Positions 28,382-41,772 are shown, numbered from the stretch's first letter. The stretch: DNA of 54,398 bases from Pseudomonadota bacterium (GCA_023434015.1 JAEYTM010000341.1:1-54398); one strand, 5' to 3'. Program-made: numbers and translations. The notes: generated from the sequence alone by a model not told the origin.

Positions 28382-29781
28382 CGGTAGCTCACCGCCTTGG
28401 CCGCTTTGACGATCCGCTCGACGGACGGCATCGACAGGACTTCCAGGTTCGCCGCGTAGGGCAGCGGCACGTCCTCCTGGTGCACCCGCGCGGGCGGGGC
28501 GTCGAGATAGTCAAAGGCGTGCTCCAGGACCTTCGCCACCACTTCGGCGCCGACGCCCATCGGGCCCCAGCCTTCCTCGACGGTGACCAGGCGGTTGGTC
28601 TTCTTCACGCTTTCGACGACCGTCTCCCAGTCCATAGGACGGATGGTGCGAAGGTCGACGACTTCGGCCTCGATGCCTTCGGCGGCCAGTTCCTCCGCCG
28701 CCTTCAGGCAGAAGCCGACCATGCGGGAGTAGGCCACCAGGGTGACGCCGTCGCCTTCACGGCGGACCTTGGCCTTGCCGATCGGCAGGACCCAGTCGAC
28801 GTCTTCCGGAACGTCGAACTCCTGGCCGTAGAGCATCTCGTGTTCCAGGAAGACCACGGGGTTCGGGTCGCGGATGGCGGCCTTGAGCAGCCCCTTGGCG
28901 TCCGCTGCATCATAGGGCGCGATGACCTTCAGGCCGGGCACATGGCCGTACCAGGCGGCATAGTCCTGGCTGTGCTGGGCCGCCACGCGCGCCGCGGCGC
29001 CGTTCGGCCCCCGGAACACGATGGAGGTCCGCAGCTGACCGCCGGACATGTAGAGGGTCTTGGCCGCCGAGTTGATGATCTGGTCGATCGCCTGCATGGC
29101 GAAGTTGAAGGTCATGAACTCGACAATCGGCTTCAGGCCGGACATGGCAGCACCGACGCCGAGTCCCGCGAAGCCGTGCTCGGTGATCGGGGTGTCGATC
29201 ACCCGCTGGTCGCCGAACTCCTGCAGCAGGTCGCGGCTGACCTTGTAGGCGCCCTGGTACTGGGCGACTTCCTCGCCCATCAGGAACACGTCCGGGTCGC
29301 GCCGCATCTCCTCGGCCATCGCATCGCGCAGGGCGTCGCGGACCGTCACCTTCGCCAGCTTCACACCTTCCGGCAGTTCCGGGTCGCGCAGCGAGCGGGC
29401 CGGCGTCACCGCGGCGGCGCCCTCGCCTTCCGCGCGCGGCTGAGCCGCTTCCGGAGGCGTCTTCTCAGGATCGCCGGCCGAGGCCTGGCCTTCACCCTTG
29501 CCGCCGCCGACGTCGCCGTCGGTGGGAGCCTGGGTCGCGGCGTCGCCGCCGGCCAGACGGGCGATCGGAGTATTGACCTTCACCTCTTCGGAACCTTCCG
29601 GCACCAGCAGGGCCTCAATGACGCCTTCATCGACCGCTTCGACCTCCATGGTGGCCTTGTCGGTCTCGATCTCGGCGATCACGTCGCCGGAGCGGACGCT
29701 GTCGCCGACCTTCACGTGCCACTTGGCGAGCGTGCCCTCTTCCATCGTCGGCGAGAGAGCGGGCATGAGTACGTCGGTCAC
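28378..29781 (-). CDS. pdhB: Pyruvate dehydrogenase E1 beta with N-terminal lipoyl domain
   Basis: Lipoyl domain; [28 protein letters not shown]. Confidence 0.97.
   Translation of the reverse strand: MTDVLMPALSPTMEEGTLAKWHVKVGDSVRSGDVIAEIETDKATMEVEAVDEGVIEALLVPEGSEEVKVNTPIARLAGGDAATQAPTDGDVGGGKGEGQASAGDPEKTPPEAAQPRAEGEGAAAVTPARSLRDPELPEGVKLAKVTVRDALRDAMAEEMRRDPDVFLMGEEVAQYQGAYKVSRDLLQEFGDQRVIDTPITEHGFAGLGVGAAMSGLKPIVEFMTFNFAMQAIDQIINSAAKTLYMSGGQLRTSIVFRGPNGAAARVAAQHSQDYAAWYGHVPGLKVIAPYDAADAKGLLKAAIRDPNPVVFLEHEMLYGQEFDVPEDVDWVLPIGKAKVRREGDGVTLVAYSRMVGFCLKAAEELAAEGIEAEVVDLRTIRPMDWETVVESVKKTNRLVTVEEGWGPMGVGAEVVAKVLEHAFDYLDAPPARVHQEDVPLPYAANLEVLSMPSVERIVKAAKAVSYR
29549..29781 (-). repeat. Lipoyl-domain coding repeat, copy in pdhB
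   Basis: Near-identical to the pdhC 5' end at protein level and highly similar in DNA. Confidence 0.85.
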
Positions 29782-30812
29782 GCGCGCACCTCCGTGTAGA
29801 CGTCGGTGTAGAGTTCCGAGGCGTCCGGCTCCGGCGAGGTACGGGCGAACTCCGCCGCGTCGGCGACGATGCGCTTCACCTCGGCGTCAATGGCCTTCAG
29901 CGCCGCCTCGTCGGCGAAGCCGTGGGCTTCCAGAAGCTCCTCGACGTGGTCGATGGGATCGCGGGTCTTGCGGACGTCGTCCACCTCGTCGCGGCTGCGG
30001 TATTTGGCCGGGTCGCTCATCGAGTGGCCGCGGTAACGATAGGTCTTCATTTCGAGGATGTAGGGCCCCTGGCCGCTGCGAGCGTGCTCGGCGGCCTTGG
30101 CGGCGGCGGCCTTAACCGCCTGCACGTCCATGCCGTCGACCTCCTCGCCCGGAATCCGGAACGAGGCGCCGCGCTTGTAGAGATGGGTTTCCGAGGAGGA
30201 GCGCTCGATCGAGGTGCCCATGGCGTACTGGTTGTTCTCGATGATGTAGACCACCGGGAGTTTCCAGAGCTGAGCCATGTTGAAGCTCTCGTACACCTGA
30301 CCCTGGTTGGCCGCGCCGTCACCGAAGTAGGTGAAGGAAACCTTGCCGTTGCCGCGGTAGCGATTGGCCAGCGCCAGGCCGGTGCCAAGGCTGACCTGGG
30401 CGCCGACGATTCCGTGGCCGCCGTAGAAGTCGGCTTCCATCGAGAACATGTGCATCGAGCCGCCCTTGCCCTTGGACGAACCGCCGGACCGGCCGGTGAG
30501 CTCCGCCATGACCTCGCGGGGGTCCATGCCGCAGGCGAGCATGTGGCCGTGGTCACGGTAGCCCGTGATCACCTGGTCCCCAGGCTCCTTGATAGCCTGC
30601 ACGCCGACGGCGACCGCTTCCTGTCCGATGTACAGGTGGCAGAATCCGCCGATCAGCCCCATGCCGTAAAGCTGGCCCGCCCGCTCCTCGAAGCGACGGA
30701 TCAGCAGCATGTCGCGGTAATACCGAAGCAGTTCTTCCTTGCCGGCCTCAGCGCGGGGTTCCGCGCGACTGGCTTTCCGCCGACCGGCCGTGCCGGTCTG
30801 CCCACGCGCCAT
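29778..30812 (-). CDS. pdhA: Pyruvate dehydrogenase E1 alpha
   Basis: [29 protein letters not shown]. Confidence 0.97.
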   Translation of the reverse strand: MARGQTGTAGRRKASRAEPRAEAGKEELLRYYRDMLLIRRFEERAGQLYGMGLIGGFCHLYIGQEAVAVGVQAIKEPGDQVITGYRDHGHMLACGMDPREVMAELTGRSGGSSKGKGGSMHMFSMEADFYGGHGIVGAQVSLGTGLALANRYRGNGKVSFTYFGDGAANQGQVYESFNMAQLWKLPVVYIIENNQYAMGTSIERSSSETHLYKRGASFRIPGEEVDGMDVQAVKAAAAKAAEHARSGQGPYILEMKTYRYRGHSMSDPAKYRSRDEVDDVRKTRDPIDHVEELLEAHGFADEAALKAIDAEVKRIVADAAEFARTSPEPDASELYTDVYTEVRA

Positions 30813-30865
30813 ACTTCTCTCCGTGGTCCCTAAAGCACTTCCCGCCTATGCCGCCGGAGCGGCCG

Positions 30866-31162
30866 TCACGGGGTTGTGCGGATCACATAGTCCCTTGGGT
30901 CCGCGAAGCCTAGCAGGGAGCGTGCTCTTTCTTCCAGTAGGTCGGCAGAAAGGCTGGTGTCGCGCAGAAGCCGGGCACGAACTTCAAGGTCCTGCCGCTG
31001 TGCCCGCACCGCGGCCAGCTCGCGGTTCTTGGCGACCAGGGTGGCGTTGCGCTGGCTCGAGGTCAGAATCCCCCGATCGCCCGTAAGCGCATGGAAACCA
31101 AAGTAGAAAATCAGGAACGCCAGGGCGGCGGTCGGCAGGTAGGCGCGAATACGGGCGAGCAC
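30866..31162 (-). CDS. ftsB: Septum formation initiator FtsB/DivIC
   Basis: TM YFGFHALTGDRG, coiled coil, DLLEERAR..LGF; lies between eno and pdhA; GTG 31162 preceded by AGGGG (ORF open to 31189). Confidence 0.85.
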   Translation of the reverse strand: MLARIRAYLPTAALAFLIFYFGFHALTGDRGILTSSQRNATLVAKNRELAAVRAQRQDLEVRARLLRDTSLSADLLEERARSLLGFADPRDYVIRTTP

Positions 31163-31204
31163 GGCGAATCCCCTGGAGGGCTGTCCCACTTCGCGCCGAC
31201 GCGC

Positions 31205-31220
31205 TTAACGAGTAGCTAAC
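31205..31220 (-). promoter_or_regulatory. Putative CtrA-binding site upstream of ftsB
   Basis: TTAA-CGAGTAG-CTAAC on the + strand, one mismatch to consensus. Confidence 0.55.
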
Positions 31221-31270
31221 GCGCCCATGTCGCGCCCTTCGCCGGCGCGTCGAACACCCCCGAACCCTGA

Positions 31271-31295
31271 CCGGGCGGACGATTCGCCCGCCCGG
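31271..31295 (-). terminator. Stem-loop just downstream of eno
   Basis: CCGGGCGG...CCGCCCGG inverted repeat about 10 nt after the eno stop; no clear U-tract. Confidence 0.4.
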
Positions 31296-31305
31296 ATGGG
31301 GCCGA

Positions 31306-32613
<1,308 letters not shown>

Positions 32614-32656
32614 TTAGCCAGCTTCCGGCGGCGGGGCAACGGCTTGAACGCACATG

Positions 32657-32688
32657 CAAACGGCCCCGCACGTCTCCGTGCGGGGCCG
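32657..32688 (-). terminator. Intrinsic terminator of rpmF
   Basis: Perfect 12-bp stem CGGCCCCGCACG/CGTGCGGGGCCG; GAGA tetraloop on the minus strand followed by TTT. Confidence 0.8.
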
Positions 32689-32721
32689 CAATACTGCAGT
32701 CTCAAGCGGATGGCTTGAGTC

Positions 32722-32904
32722 TTAGTCTTCCTTCGGCGTCAGGACCTGGCGGCCCTTGTACATGCCGGTCTTAAGGTCGACGTGGTGCGGGCGCTTCAGC
32801 TCGCCGGTTTCCTTGTCTTCGACGAAGGAGTTGGCGCCGAGGGCATGGTGCGAGCGTCGCATGTTGCGCTTCGACGGCGAGGTTTTGCGTTTCGGAACGG
32901 CCAT
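32722..32904 (-). CDS. rpmF: 50S ribosomal protein L32 (Cys-less form)
   Basis: [40 protein letters not shown]. Confidence 0.97.
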   Translation of the reverse strand: MAVPKRKTSPSKRNMRRSHHALGANSFVEDKETGELKRPHHVDLKTGMYKGRQVLTPKED

Positions 32905-33025
32905 GGAACAAGTCTCGCAGGCGTGAAAATTAGGACGGCGACCGAACAGGCCGCCGACGTGAGCGGGGGTGTATGCCTGAATCACTCCGCCCGATCAACC
33001 CGCCGCCGCCGCTTTGTGGGCGGCG

Positions 33026-34672
<1,647 letters not shown>

Positions 34673-34728
34673 TCAGATTAGTCGTGATTCGGCGGGCTGG
34701 CCTCCGCCGCGTTGCAATCGATCCACGG

Positions 34729-35169
34729 CTATTGCGCAGCCGGAGCGGCCGGCGCCGGAACGCTGGGAGCCGGCGTGGCCGGCGCGTCGCCGAGGAAGGG
34801 ATTGCGGACAGTCGGCGTGGGGGCCTGCAGCGGCGCAGGCACACCGGGCTGGACGCCGGCCGGGGGCTGGGCCGGCAGGGTCTCGTTCAGCGCATTCGGG
34901 TCGATGGCGTTGACCTTCAGCCGGTCGACGACCGAGGAGCCGCCGCCTTCGCGACCGGCCAGCACGGTCAGCAGCAGGCTCAGGACGAAGAAGATCGACC
35001 CGAGGATCCAGGTGATGCGGGTCAGCAGATCGCCGGCGCCGCGCGCGGTCATCATCCCGCCGCCACCGCCCATGCCGAGCGCCCCGCCTTCGGAGCGCTG
35101 CAGCAGCACAACGCCGGTAAGGGCGAGCGCGACCACGATCTCTAGGGCGAGCAGAAGGTTCAGCAGCAT
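34729..35169 (-). CDS. secG: Preprotein translocase subunit SecG with Pro-rich tail
   Basis: VVLLQRSEGGALGMG..ARG..LTRIT; lies between tpiA and pyrG. Confidence 0.92.
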   Translation of the reverse strand: MLLNLLLALEIVVALALTGVVLLQRSEGGALGMGGGGGMMTARGAGDLLTRITWILGSIFFVLSLLLTVLAGREGGGSSVVDRLKVNAIDPNALNETLPAQPPAGVQPGVPAPLQAPTPTVRNPFLGDAPATPAPSVPAPAAPAAQ

Positions 35170-35301
35170 AGGGCGAAAGTCCGTTGCATTCGGGCGGCCG
35201 CGCCGCACGGAAATGAAGCGGCGGCTCTATCACCGCCGGCAGCTCAAAGCCATACCTAGGTGTTCGCGCGATACGGACAAGCCGTCAGCGCGAGAACCGT
35301 C

Positions 35302-35766
35302 CTAGACGCGGTAGTCTCCGGCCAGCACGCAGTGCGCCTCACCCCCTTCGATCGCCACGGTGGCAGGGCGGCCGATCCCGGGCAGGAAGAAGAACTCCCC
35401 CTTGGCGGTCGTGACCTGAAGCACCGCGGGGCTGGTGAACTGGCAGACCGTGTGGCTGCCAAGCCCCTGCCCTCCAGCGTTCTTGATCTGCCGGCATTCG
35501 ACGTGGCCGTAGGCACGGGCCAGCTTCACCTCGCGATAGTCGAACGAACGCTTGGGCTTCAGGTTCTGGGCCGCGAAGGCCTCGGCGGTCAGCGTCGGGC
35601 AGGGCTCGCCCTCGATGGTCCAGGCCTTCGCCTCCGCCACCGTCGCCTCGTGATTGGCGGTGATCGTCGGCCACAGGAAGTGGAGCAGCGAGCCTCCGAC
35701 GCCGACGAGAAGAATCCCGCCGATGACCAGATAGCGACGAAGGGCGTTGGCGGAGGACTTGCGCAT
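35302..35766 (-). CDS. Hypothetical membrane-anchored protein with four Cys
   Basis: One N-terminal TM, high-GC3 codons, 9 nt downstream of tpiA. Confidence 0.75.
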   Translation of the reverse strand: MRKSSANALRRYLVIGGILLVGVGGSLLHFLWPTITANHEATVAEAKAWTIEGEPCPTLTAEAFAAQNLKPKRSFDYREVKLARAYGHVECRQIKNAGGQGLGSHTVCQFTSPAVLQVTTAKGEFFFLPGIGRPATVAIEGGEAHCVLAGDYRV

Positions 35767-35775
35767 GGGGCGAGC

Positions 35776-36549
35776 TTAGCCACGATCCCCGGCGGTGCGA
35801 AGTGCCTGGAGCCCGTTTACGATCGCCAGGAAATCGTCGGCCTTCAGCGAGGCCCCGCCGACGAGGGCGCCGCCGACTTCGTCCGCGCCGAGGATTTCCG
35901 CGGCGTTGGAAGGCTTCACGGACCCGCCGTAGAGAATGGGAACCGGTGCGCCGGCCTCGCCGAACATCTCGGTGAGCGTCGCGCGGATCGCGCGGTGGAT
36001 TTCCTCGATCTGCGGCGTGGTGGGTGTCAGCCCGGTGCCGATGGCCCACACCGGCTCATAGGCCACGGCGAAAGCCTTGCCGGCCAGTTCCGCCGGGAGC
36101 GAGCCCCTGGCCTGCCCGGTCACGACGTCCAGCGCCCTGCCCGCCTCGCGTTGGTCGAGCGTCTCGCCCACGCAGACGATCGGCTCCAGGCCGGCGCGCA
36201 GCGCCGCCCTCACCTTGGTCGCGACCATCGCATCGGTCTCGCCATGGTCAGCCCGGCGCTCGGAGTGCCCGAGGATCACCAGCGCCGCGCCGGCGTCGGC
36301 CAGCATCTCACCCGAGATGTCGCCGGTGTGGGCGCCGGAGGCTTCGGTATGAATATCCTGGCCGCCGATCAGCAGGGCCGAGCCCGCGAGGGCCGAGGCC
36401 ATCCGGTCCACCAGCGTCGCCGGCGGGCAGATTGCGACGCGCGCAGCGGATTCGCCGATTCCCGCGGCGACGGCGCGGGCCTCGTCCACGGACGCGGCAA
36501 GGCCGTTCATTTTCCAGTTTCCGGCGATCAGGGGCGTCGGTTTGGTCAT
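35776..36549 (-). CDS. tpiA: Triosephosphate isomerase
   Basis: [32 protein letters not shown]. Confidence 0.98.
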   Translation of the reverse strand: MTKPTPLIAGNWKMNGLAASVDEARAVAAGIGESAARVAICPPATLVDRMASALAGSALLIGGQDIHTEASGAHTGDISGEMLADAGAALVILGHSERRADHGETDAMVATKVRAALRAGLEPIVCVGETLDQREAGRALDVVTGQARGSLPAELAGKAFAVAYEPVWAIGTGLTPTTPQIEEIHRAIRATLTEMFGEAGAPVPILYGGSVKPSNAAEILGADEVGGALVGGASLKADDFLAIVNGLQALRTAGDRG

Positions 36550-36675
36550 GGGGCCTCACTCTGGTTCGAACGACCGGCGCGCTTAAGCCACGGCGATCGT
36601 CCTGTCACGCGCTTGCGGGGATCAAGCGCCCTCCACTATACCCGGCCCGCAAGCCTGCGCCCTGAAAGGGATTAG

Positions 36676-38592
36676 ATGCTCACCGCTACCCGCGCCTTCG
36701 CCAAATCCTGGGTCGCCGCCGTCCTGATCGGCCTCCTGATCGTCAGCTTCGCCGTGTTCGGCATCAATGACGTGTTCCGAGGCGGCCTCGGCGACGCCGT
36801 GGTCAGCGTCGGATCGCGCAAGATCACCTCCGCCGACTTCAAGCGCGAGTTCGACAGCTACAAGGCGCGGATGGAGCAGCAGGTCGGTCAGCCTATCCCG
36901 GTGGAACTCGCCGCCGAGAACGGTCTCGACCGTCAGGTGCTTGGAGGTCTGGCGACGCGCGAAGCGTTCGCGGAGCTGCTCAGCAAGGCGGGCATCCGGC
37001 CCTCCGACAGCCTGATCGTCGCCGAGATCAACAAGATTCCAGCCTTCTTCGACCAGGTCTCCGGCCGCTTCGACAAGGCCTCCTACGCCCAGCGGCTGGC
37101 CGAGAACGGCCTGACGCCCGAAAAATTCGAGCAGGTCATGCGCGACGAGCTGGCGGAACAGCAGCTCGCCAACAGCCTCGTCAACGGCCTGCGCGTGCCG
37201 CGCGCCTACACTGCCCTGGCGGCGCTCTACGCCCTGGAGAGCCGCAACGTCGGCTATTTCGTCATCGAGCCGCAGAGCGTGCCCCAGCCTGCCGCTCCCA
37301 CCGATGAACAACTGACCAGCTTCATGCAGGAGAACTCGGCCCAGCTGATGCGGCCGGAATATCGCGTGATCACCGTGGCCCGGTTCAGCCCCGCCGCGAC
37401 CGCCGCCGCCCCGATCGACGAGGAAGAGCTGAAGAAGCGCTACGACTTCCGCAAGGACACCCTGTCTACGCCCGAGACCCGCAGCCTCGTTCAAATTCCG
37501 GCTAAGGATCAGGCCACGGCCCAGCAGATCGTGACCCGCCTGGGCGCGGGCGAAGCGCCCGCGGCCGTGGCCCGCTCTCTCGGCGTGGACGCGATCACCT
37601 ATGAAAACCGTCCGCAGACCGCGATCCCCGACCGTCGTCTCGGCGTGGCGGCCTTTGGCCTCCAGTCTGGTCAGGCGGCCCCGGTCCAGGGCGACCTCGG
37701 CCTGGCCGTGGTTCAGGTCCTCGGTGTCACGCCGGGCCGTGTCGTAACCCTGGAAGAGGCGCGTCCGGTACTCGAAGCCGAACTGCGCAAGGACGCCGCC
37801 GCCGAGCGGGTCTACGCCCTGACCCAGGCCTATGAAGAAGCTCACCAGGCCGGCTCCAACCTGCAGGAAGCCGCCCAGAAGGCTGGTGTGGCCACCGTCA
37901 CGCTCGGTCCGGTGTCCCAGCAGGGGGTCAACCCGAACGGCGAGCCCGTCCCCGGTCTGACGCAACGGCTGATGGAGACCGCCTTCTCCCTGCCTTCCGG
38001 CGGCGAGAGCGACGTTCAGGAGGCCGGCGACGGCGAATATTTCGCGGTCCGCGTCGATCGCGTGGTCGCGCCCGCCATGCCGCCGCTGGAAGAAGTCAAG
38101 CCGCAGCTCGTCCGCGTGTGGACGATGCGCGAGATCGCCAAGCGCATGCAGACCCGCGCCGACGAACTGGCGGCCCGGGTCCGCAACGGCGAGACCCTGG
38201 ACGCGGTCGCTGCGGCCAGCGGCGCGCGCGTGATCCGCGTGGCGAACCTCGACCGGCAGAGCGCCGCACAGAACCAGGCGCTGTCCCAAGACCTGCTCGG
38301 CAAGACCTTCACCGCCCGACCCGACGAGGTGTTCACCGCCGACAACAGCACCTTCGGCATGGTGGTGGCCAAGCTTGAGCGGGTGAGCTCCGGCCAGGGT
38401 CCGACCCTGGCCCGCATGACCGAGGAAACCCGGCCGCAGATGACCATGGCCCTGTTCCGCGAACTCGGTGAGGCGGCCCGCACCTCGGCCCGCCAGAAGC
38501 TCAAGGTGAAGACCGACTACGCCCTCGCCCGCACCGCCATCGGCCTCCAGGCCGAGGCGGAGGACCCGGCGCCGGCCGGGAAGTCCGAATGA
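36676..38592 (+). CDS. ppiD: PpiD-like periplasmic chaperone (SurA N-terminal/rotamase domains)
   Basis: N-terminal anchor LLIVSFAVFGI, GRFDKASY, PEYR/PETR repeats; tpiA/ppiD/trpE context. Confidence 0.85.
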   Translation: MLTATRAFAKSWVAAVLIGLLIVSFAVFGINDVFRGGLGDAVVSVGSRKITSADFKREFDSYKARMEQQVGQPIPVELAAENGLDRQVLGGLATREAFAELLSKAGIRPSDSLIVAEINKIPAFFDQVSGRFDKASYAQRLAENGLTPEKFEQVMRDELAEQQLANSLVNGLRVPRAYTALAALYALESRNVGYFVIEPQSVPQPAAPTDEQLTSFMQENSAQLMRPEYRVITVARFSPAATAAAPIDEEELKKRYDFRKDTLSTPETRSLVQIPAKDQATAQQIVTRLGAGEAPAAVARSLGVDAITYENRPQTAIPDRRLGVAAFGLQSGQAAPVQGDLGLAVVQVLGVTPGRVVTLEEARPVLEAELRKDAAAERVYALTQAYEEAHQAGSNLQEAAQKAGVATVTLGPVSQQGVNPNGEPVPGLTQRLMETAFSLPSGGESDVQEAGDGEYFAVRVDRVVAPAMPPLEEVKPQLVRVWTMREIAKRMQTRADELAARVRNGETLDAVAAASGARVIRVANLDRQSAAQNQALSQDLLGKTFTARPDEVFTADNSTFGMVVAKLERVSSGQGPTLARMTEETRPQMTMALFRELGEAARTSARQKLKVKTDYALARTAIGLQAEAEDPAPAGKSE

Positions 38593-40124
38593 TGATGGAG
38601 CCGGACTTTCCGGCCTTCGAGACCACCTACCGCTCCGGCGCGCCCCAACTGGTCTGGACGCGGCTGATCGACGACCTGGAAACCCCGGTTTCCGCCTATC
38701 TGAAGATCGGCCACGGTCGGCCTTACGCCTTCCTCTTCGAGTCGGTGGAGGGCGGCGCCTGGCGGGGGCGTTATTCGATCATCACCCTGAACCCGGACCT
38801 CGTCTGGCGCTGCCGCGGGGACAAGGCTGAGATCGCCCGAGGCGCCGAGATCGCCGCCGGTCGCTTCACGCCCCAGGAGGGCGGCGCGCTCGACTCGTTG
38901 CGCGACTTGGTCGCGGCCGCCCGCATCGACCTGCCGGCCGGCCTGCCGCCGATGTCCGCCGGGGTGTTCGGGGCCATCGGGTACGACATGATCCGTCTGG
39001 TTGAGCACCTGCCGGACATCAATCCGGATCCGCTGAACCTGCCGGACGGGGTGCTGACCCTGCCCTCCATCGTCGCCATCTTCGACGCCATCGCCCAGGA
39101 GATCGTGCTGGTGACGCCGGTTCGGCCCGACGCGGCCTCGTCGGCGACCGAGGCCTATGCCGCCGCCAAGGCGCGGCTTGAGGCGGTGATGGCCGACCTG
39201 CGCCGCCCGGCCCCGCCGCTGGCCGGCGATGGCGAACCGGAGGCCGACGCGTTCACCACCCCGGTGAGCCGGGAGGACTACCGAGCCAACGTCGAGCGGG
39301 CGCAGGAATACATCCGCGCCGGCGACATCTTCCAGGTGGTGCCCAGCCATCGGTTCCGCGCGCCGTTCGCCCGCGATCCCTTCGCGCTCTACCGCTCGCT
39401 GCGCCGGATGAACCCGTCGCCGTTCCTGTTCTATCTGAACTTCGGCGACTTCCAGCTGGCCGGGTCGTCCCCGGAGATTCTCGTGCGGCTGCGTGATGGC
39501 AAGATCACCATCCGCCCGATCGCCGGCACCCGGCCGCGGGGCGCCACTCCGGCCGAGGACCAGGCGCTCGAGCAGGAACTGGTCAACGATCCGAAGGAAC
39601 GGGCCGAGCATCTCATGCTGCTCGACCTCGGCCGCAACGACGTCGGCCGGGTCGCCATGCTCGGCCAGGAAGGCCGCAACGCGCCGGCTCAGCGCCGCGC
39701 CGGCTCCCATGTACGCGTGACCGACAGCTTCTTCGTCGAACGCTACAGCCACGTTATGCACCTGGTTTCCAACGTCGAGGGCGATGCGCCCGAGGGGCTG
39801 GACCCGGTCGACGTGGTGATGGCCGCCCTGCCCGCCGGCACCCTGTCCGGCGCGCCAAAGGTGCGGGCCATGGAGATCATTGACGAGTTGGAAATCGAGA
39901 AACGCGGCATCGGCTATGCCGGCGGCGTTGGCTATTTCGGCTGCGACGGCTCGGTCGACACCTGCATCGTCCTGCGCACCGCGCTGTTCAAGGACGGGAT
40001 GATGTACGTCCAGTCCGGTGGCGGAGTGGTGGCCGACAGCGATCCGGACGCGGAGTACGACGAGACCCTGCACAAGGCGCGCGCCCTGCGCCGCGCCGCC
40101 GAGGAGAGCTGGCGCTTCGTCTGA
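38589..40124 (+). CDS. trpE: Anthranilate synthase component I
   Basis: DLETPVSAYLK, FESVEGG, GDIFQVV, AEHLMLLDLGRND, PAGTLSGAPKVRAM. Confidence 0.96.
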   Translation: MMMEPDFPAFETTYRSGAPQLVWTRLIDDLETPVSAYLKIGHGRPYAFLFESVEGGAWRGRYSIITLNPDLVWRCRGDKAEIARGAEIAAGRFTPQEGGALDSLRDLVAAARIDLPAGLPPMSAGVFGAIGYDMIRLVEHLPDINPDPLNLPDGVLTLPSIVAIFDAIAQEIVLVTPVRPDAASSATEAYAAAKARLEAVMADLRRPAPPLAGDGEPEADAFTTPVSREDYRANVERAQEYIRAGDIFQVVPSHRFRAPFARDPFALYRSLRRMNPSPFLFYLNFGDFQLAGSSPEILVRLRDGKITIRPIAGTRPRGATPAEDQALEQELVNDPKERAEHLMLLDLGRNDVGRVAMLGQEGRNAPAQRRAGSHVRVTDSFFVERYSHVMHLVSNVEGDAPEGLDPVDVVMAALPAGTLSGAPKVRAMEIIDELEIEKRGIGYAGGVGYFGCDGSVDTCIVLRTALFKDGMMYVQSGGGVVADSDPDAEYDETLHKARALRRAAEESWRFV

Positions 40125-40173
40125 ACCGTTCATCGCGCCGACAGGCTCGCGGCGCTAGGCTAGGCCGGTTTCC

Positions 40174-40908
40174 ATGAGGCCGACACCGATGAGCGACAAC
40201 CGCATTCCCTCCGCCGCCCTGATCGGGGCGCTTCTCGCCGTCGGCGTCGCCGTGGCCGGAGGGCTGGTCGGCAAGGGCGTCGAGAACGCCCGGGTCGGCG
40301 ACCGCAACGTCACCGTCCGCGGTCTTTCGGAACGCATCGTGAAGGCTGATCTAGCGGTTCTGCCGCTCAAGTTCGCCGCAGCGGGCGACGACCTGCAGGC
40401 GGTCCAGGCCGATGTCGACGGCGACACGGCCACCCTGCGCCGCTTCCTTGCCGCCCAAGGTTATCAGGACGCCGAAGTCGACCTCGGACGCCTCGAGGTC
40501 ACCGACCAGTACGCCCGCGAGTATCAGCAGCCGAACGTCGCCGCCCGTTATCGCGTCGCCCAGACGGTGATCGTGCGGACGACCAACGTCGATCGTGTCC
40601 AGGCCACCACGCGCCAGCTCGACCAGCTCATCCGCCAGGGGGTGGTGCTGCAGGACTACAATGGTCCGTCCTACATCTTCACCAAGCTCAACGAGGTCCG
40701 CCCGGCGATGATCGCCGAGGCCACGGCCAGCGCCCGCAGCGGCGCCCAGCAGTTCGCCCGCGATTCGGGCGCCCGGCTCGGCGGCATCCGTTCGGCGACC
40801 CAGGGCTCGTTCGAGATTCTCGGCCGGGACGACGTCGGCTACGACGCTTCCTCCCAGGTTTTCAAGAAGGTCCGGGTGGTGACGACGATCAGCTACCGCC
40901 TGCGCTGA
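40174..40908 (+). CDS. SIMPL (DUF541) domain protein
   Basis: N-terminal TM, RNVTVRGLSERIVKADLA, KKVRVVTTISY; start may be 40189. Confidence 0.88.
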   Translation: MRPTPMSDNRIPSAALIGALLAVGVAVAGGLVGKGVENARVGDRNVTVRGLSERIVKADLAVLPLKFAAAGDDLQAVQADVDGDTATLRRFLAAQGYQDAEVDLGRLEVTDQYAREYQQPNVAARYRVAQTVIVRTTNVDRVQATTRQLDQLIRQGVVLQDYNGPSYIFTKLNEVRPAMIAEATASARSGAQQFARDSGARLGGIRSATQGSFEILGRDDVGYDASSQVFKKVRVVTTISYRLR

Positions 40909-40911
40909 GTC

Positions 40912-41109
40912 TCAACGGTCCGTGGCGACCTGCTGGATGACGAGCGGAGGGGCCACGACCATGGCCGCCGCGAAGACGAGAGCCGAGGCCGCGAAGAAGC
41001 CGGCGGCCGCCAGCGCCGGCCACATGCTGTCTTTCCGAGGGACCGGCGCCACCAGCCTCCGGGCGCGGGACATGGCGTCAGGGTCGAGGGCCGAATCGTT
41101 CGCCGCCAT
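40912..41109 (-). CDS. Small single-TM hypothetical protein (65 aa)
   Basis: Fills the SIMPL-trpG gap; WPALAAAGFFAASALVFAAAMVVAPP TM segment; high-GC3 codons. Confidence 0.65.
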   Translation of the reverse strand: MAANDSALDPDAMSRARRLVAPVPRKDSMWPALAAAGFFAASALVFAAAMVVAPPLVIQQVATDR

Positions 41110-41171
41110 GGCGCGAGGATCAACTGAAGCGCAGCCTTCCCTCAAGCCGCCAACCCCCCTAGATAGGCCCC

Positions 41172-41762
41172 ATGATCCTGGTGATCGATAACTACGACAG
41201 CTTCACCTACAACCTCGTCCATTACCTGAACGAGCTTGGGGCGGAGACTCAGGTCGTCCGGAACGACGCGCTGTCCGTCGAGGAGGCCCTTGGCCTCAAG
41301 CCCGCTGGCGTGCTGCTGTCCCCTGGCCCCTGCACGCCGAACGAGGCCGGCATCTGCCTCGACCTGCTGGGCCGAGCACCTGACACCCTGCCGATTTTTG
41401 GCGTATGCCTGGGCCATCAGGCCATCGGCCAGGCCTTCGGCGGCGAAGTCGTGCGCGCCAAGGCGGTGATGCACGGCAAGACCAGTCCGATCCATCACAA
41501 CGGCAAGGGCGTCTTCAAGGGCCTGAAGAACCCCCTCACGGCGACCCGCTATCACAGCCTAGCGGTCGAGAAGGGCGTCTTGCCCGAGGCCCTGGAGATC
41601 ACCGCCTGGACCGACGACGGGGAGATCATGGGACTGCAGCATCGCACCCGGCCGATCCAGGGCGTCCAGTTCCATCCCGAATCCATCGCCACGGAGTGCG
41701 GCCACGACCTGCTGGCCAACTTCCTCGACATCGCCGGCGTCAGGCGCCTGGCCGAGGTCTGA
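41172..41762 (+). CDS. trpG: Anthranilate synthase component II
   Basis: [29 protein letters not shown]. Confidence 0.95.
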   Translation: MILVIDNYDSFTYNLVHYLNELGAETQVVRNDALSVEEALGLKPAGVLLSPGPCTPNEAGICLDLLGRAPDTLPIFGVCLGHQAIGQAFGGEVVRAKAVMHGKTSPIHHNGKGVFKGLKNPLTATRYHSLAVEKGVLPEALEITAWTDDGEIMGLQHRTRPIQGVQFHPESIATECGHDLLANFLDIAGVRRLAEV

Positions 41763-41772
41763 CCCTGACGAC

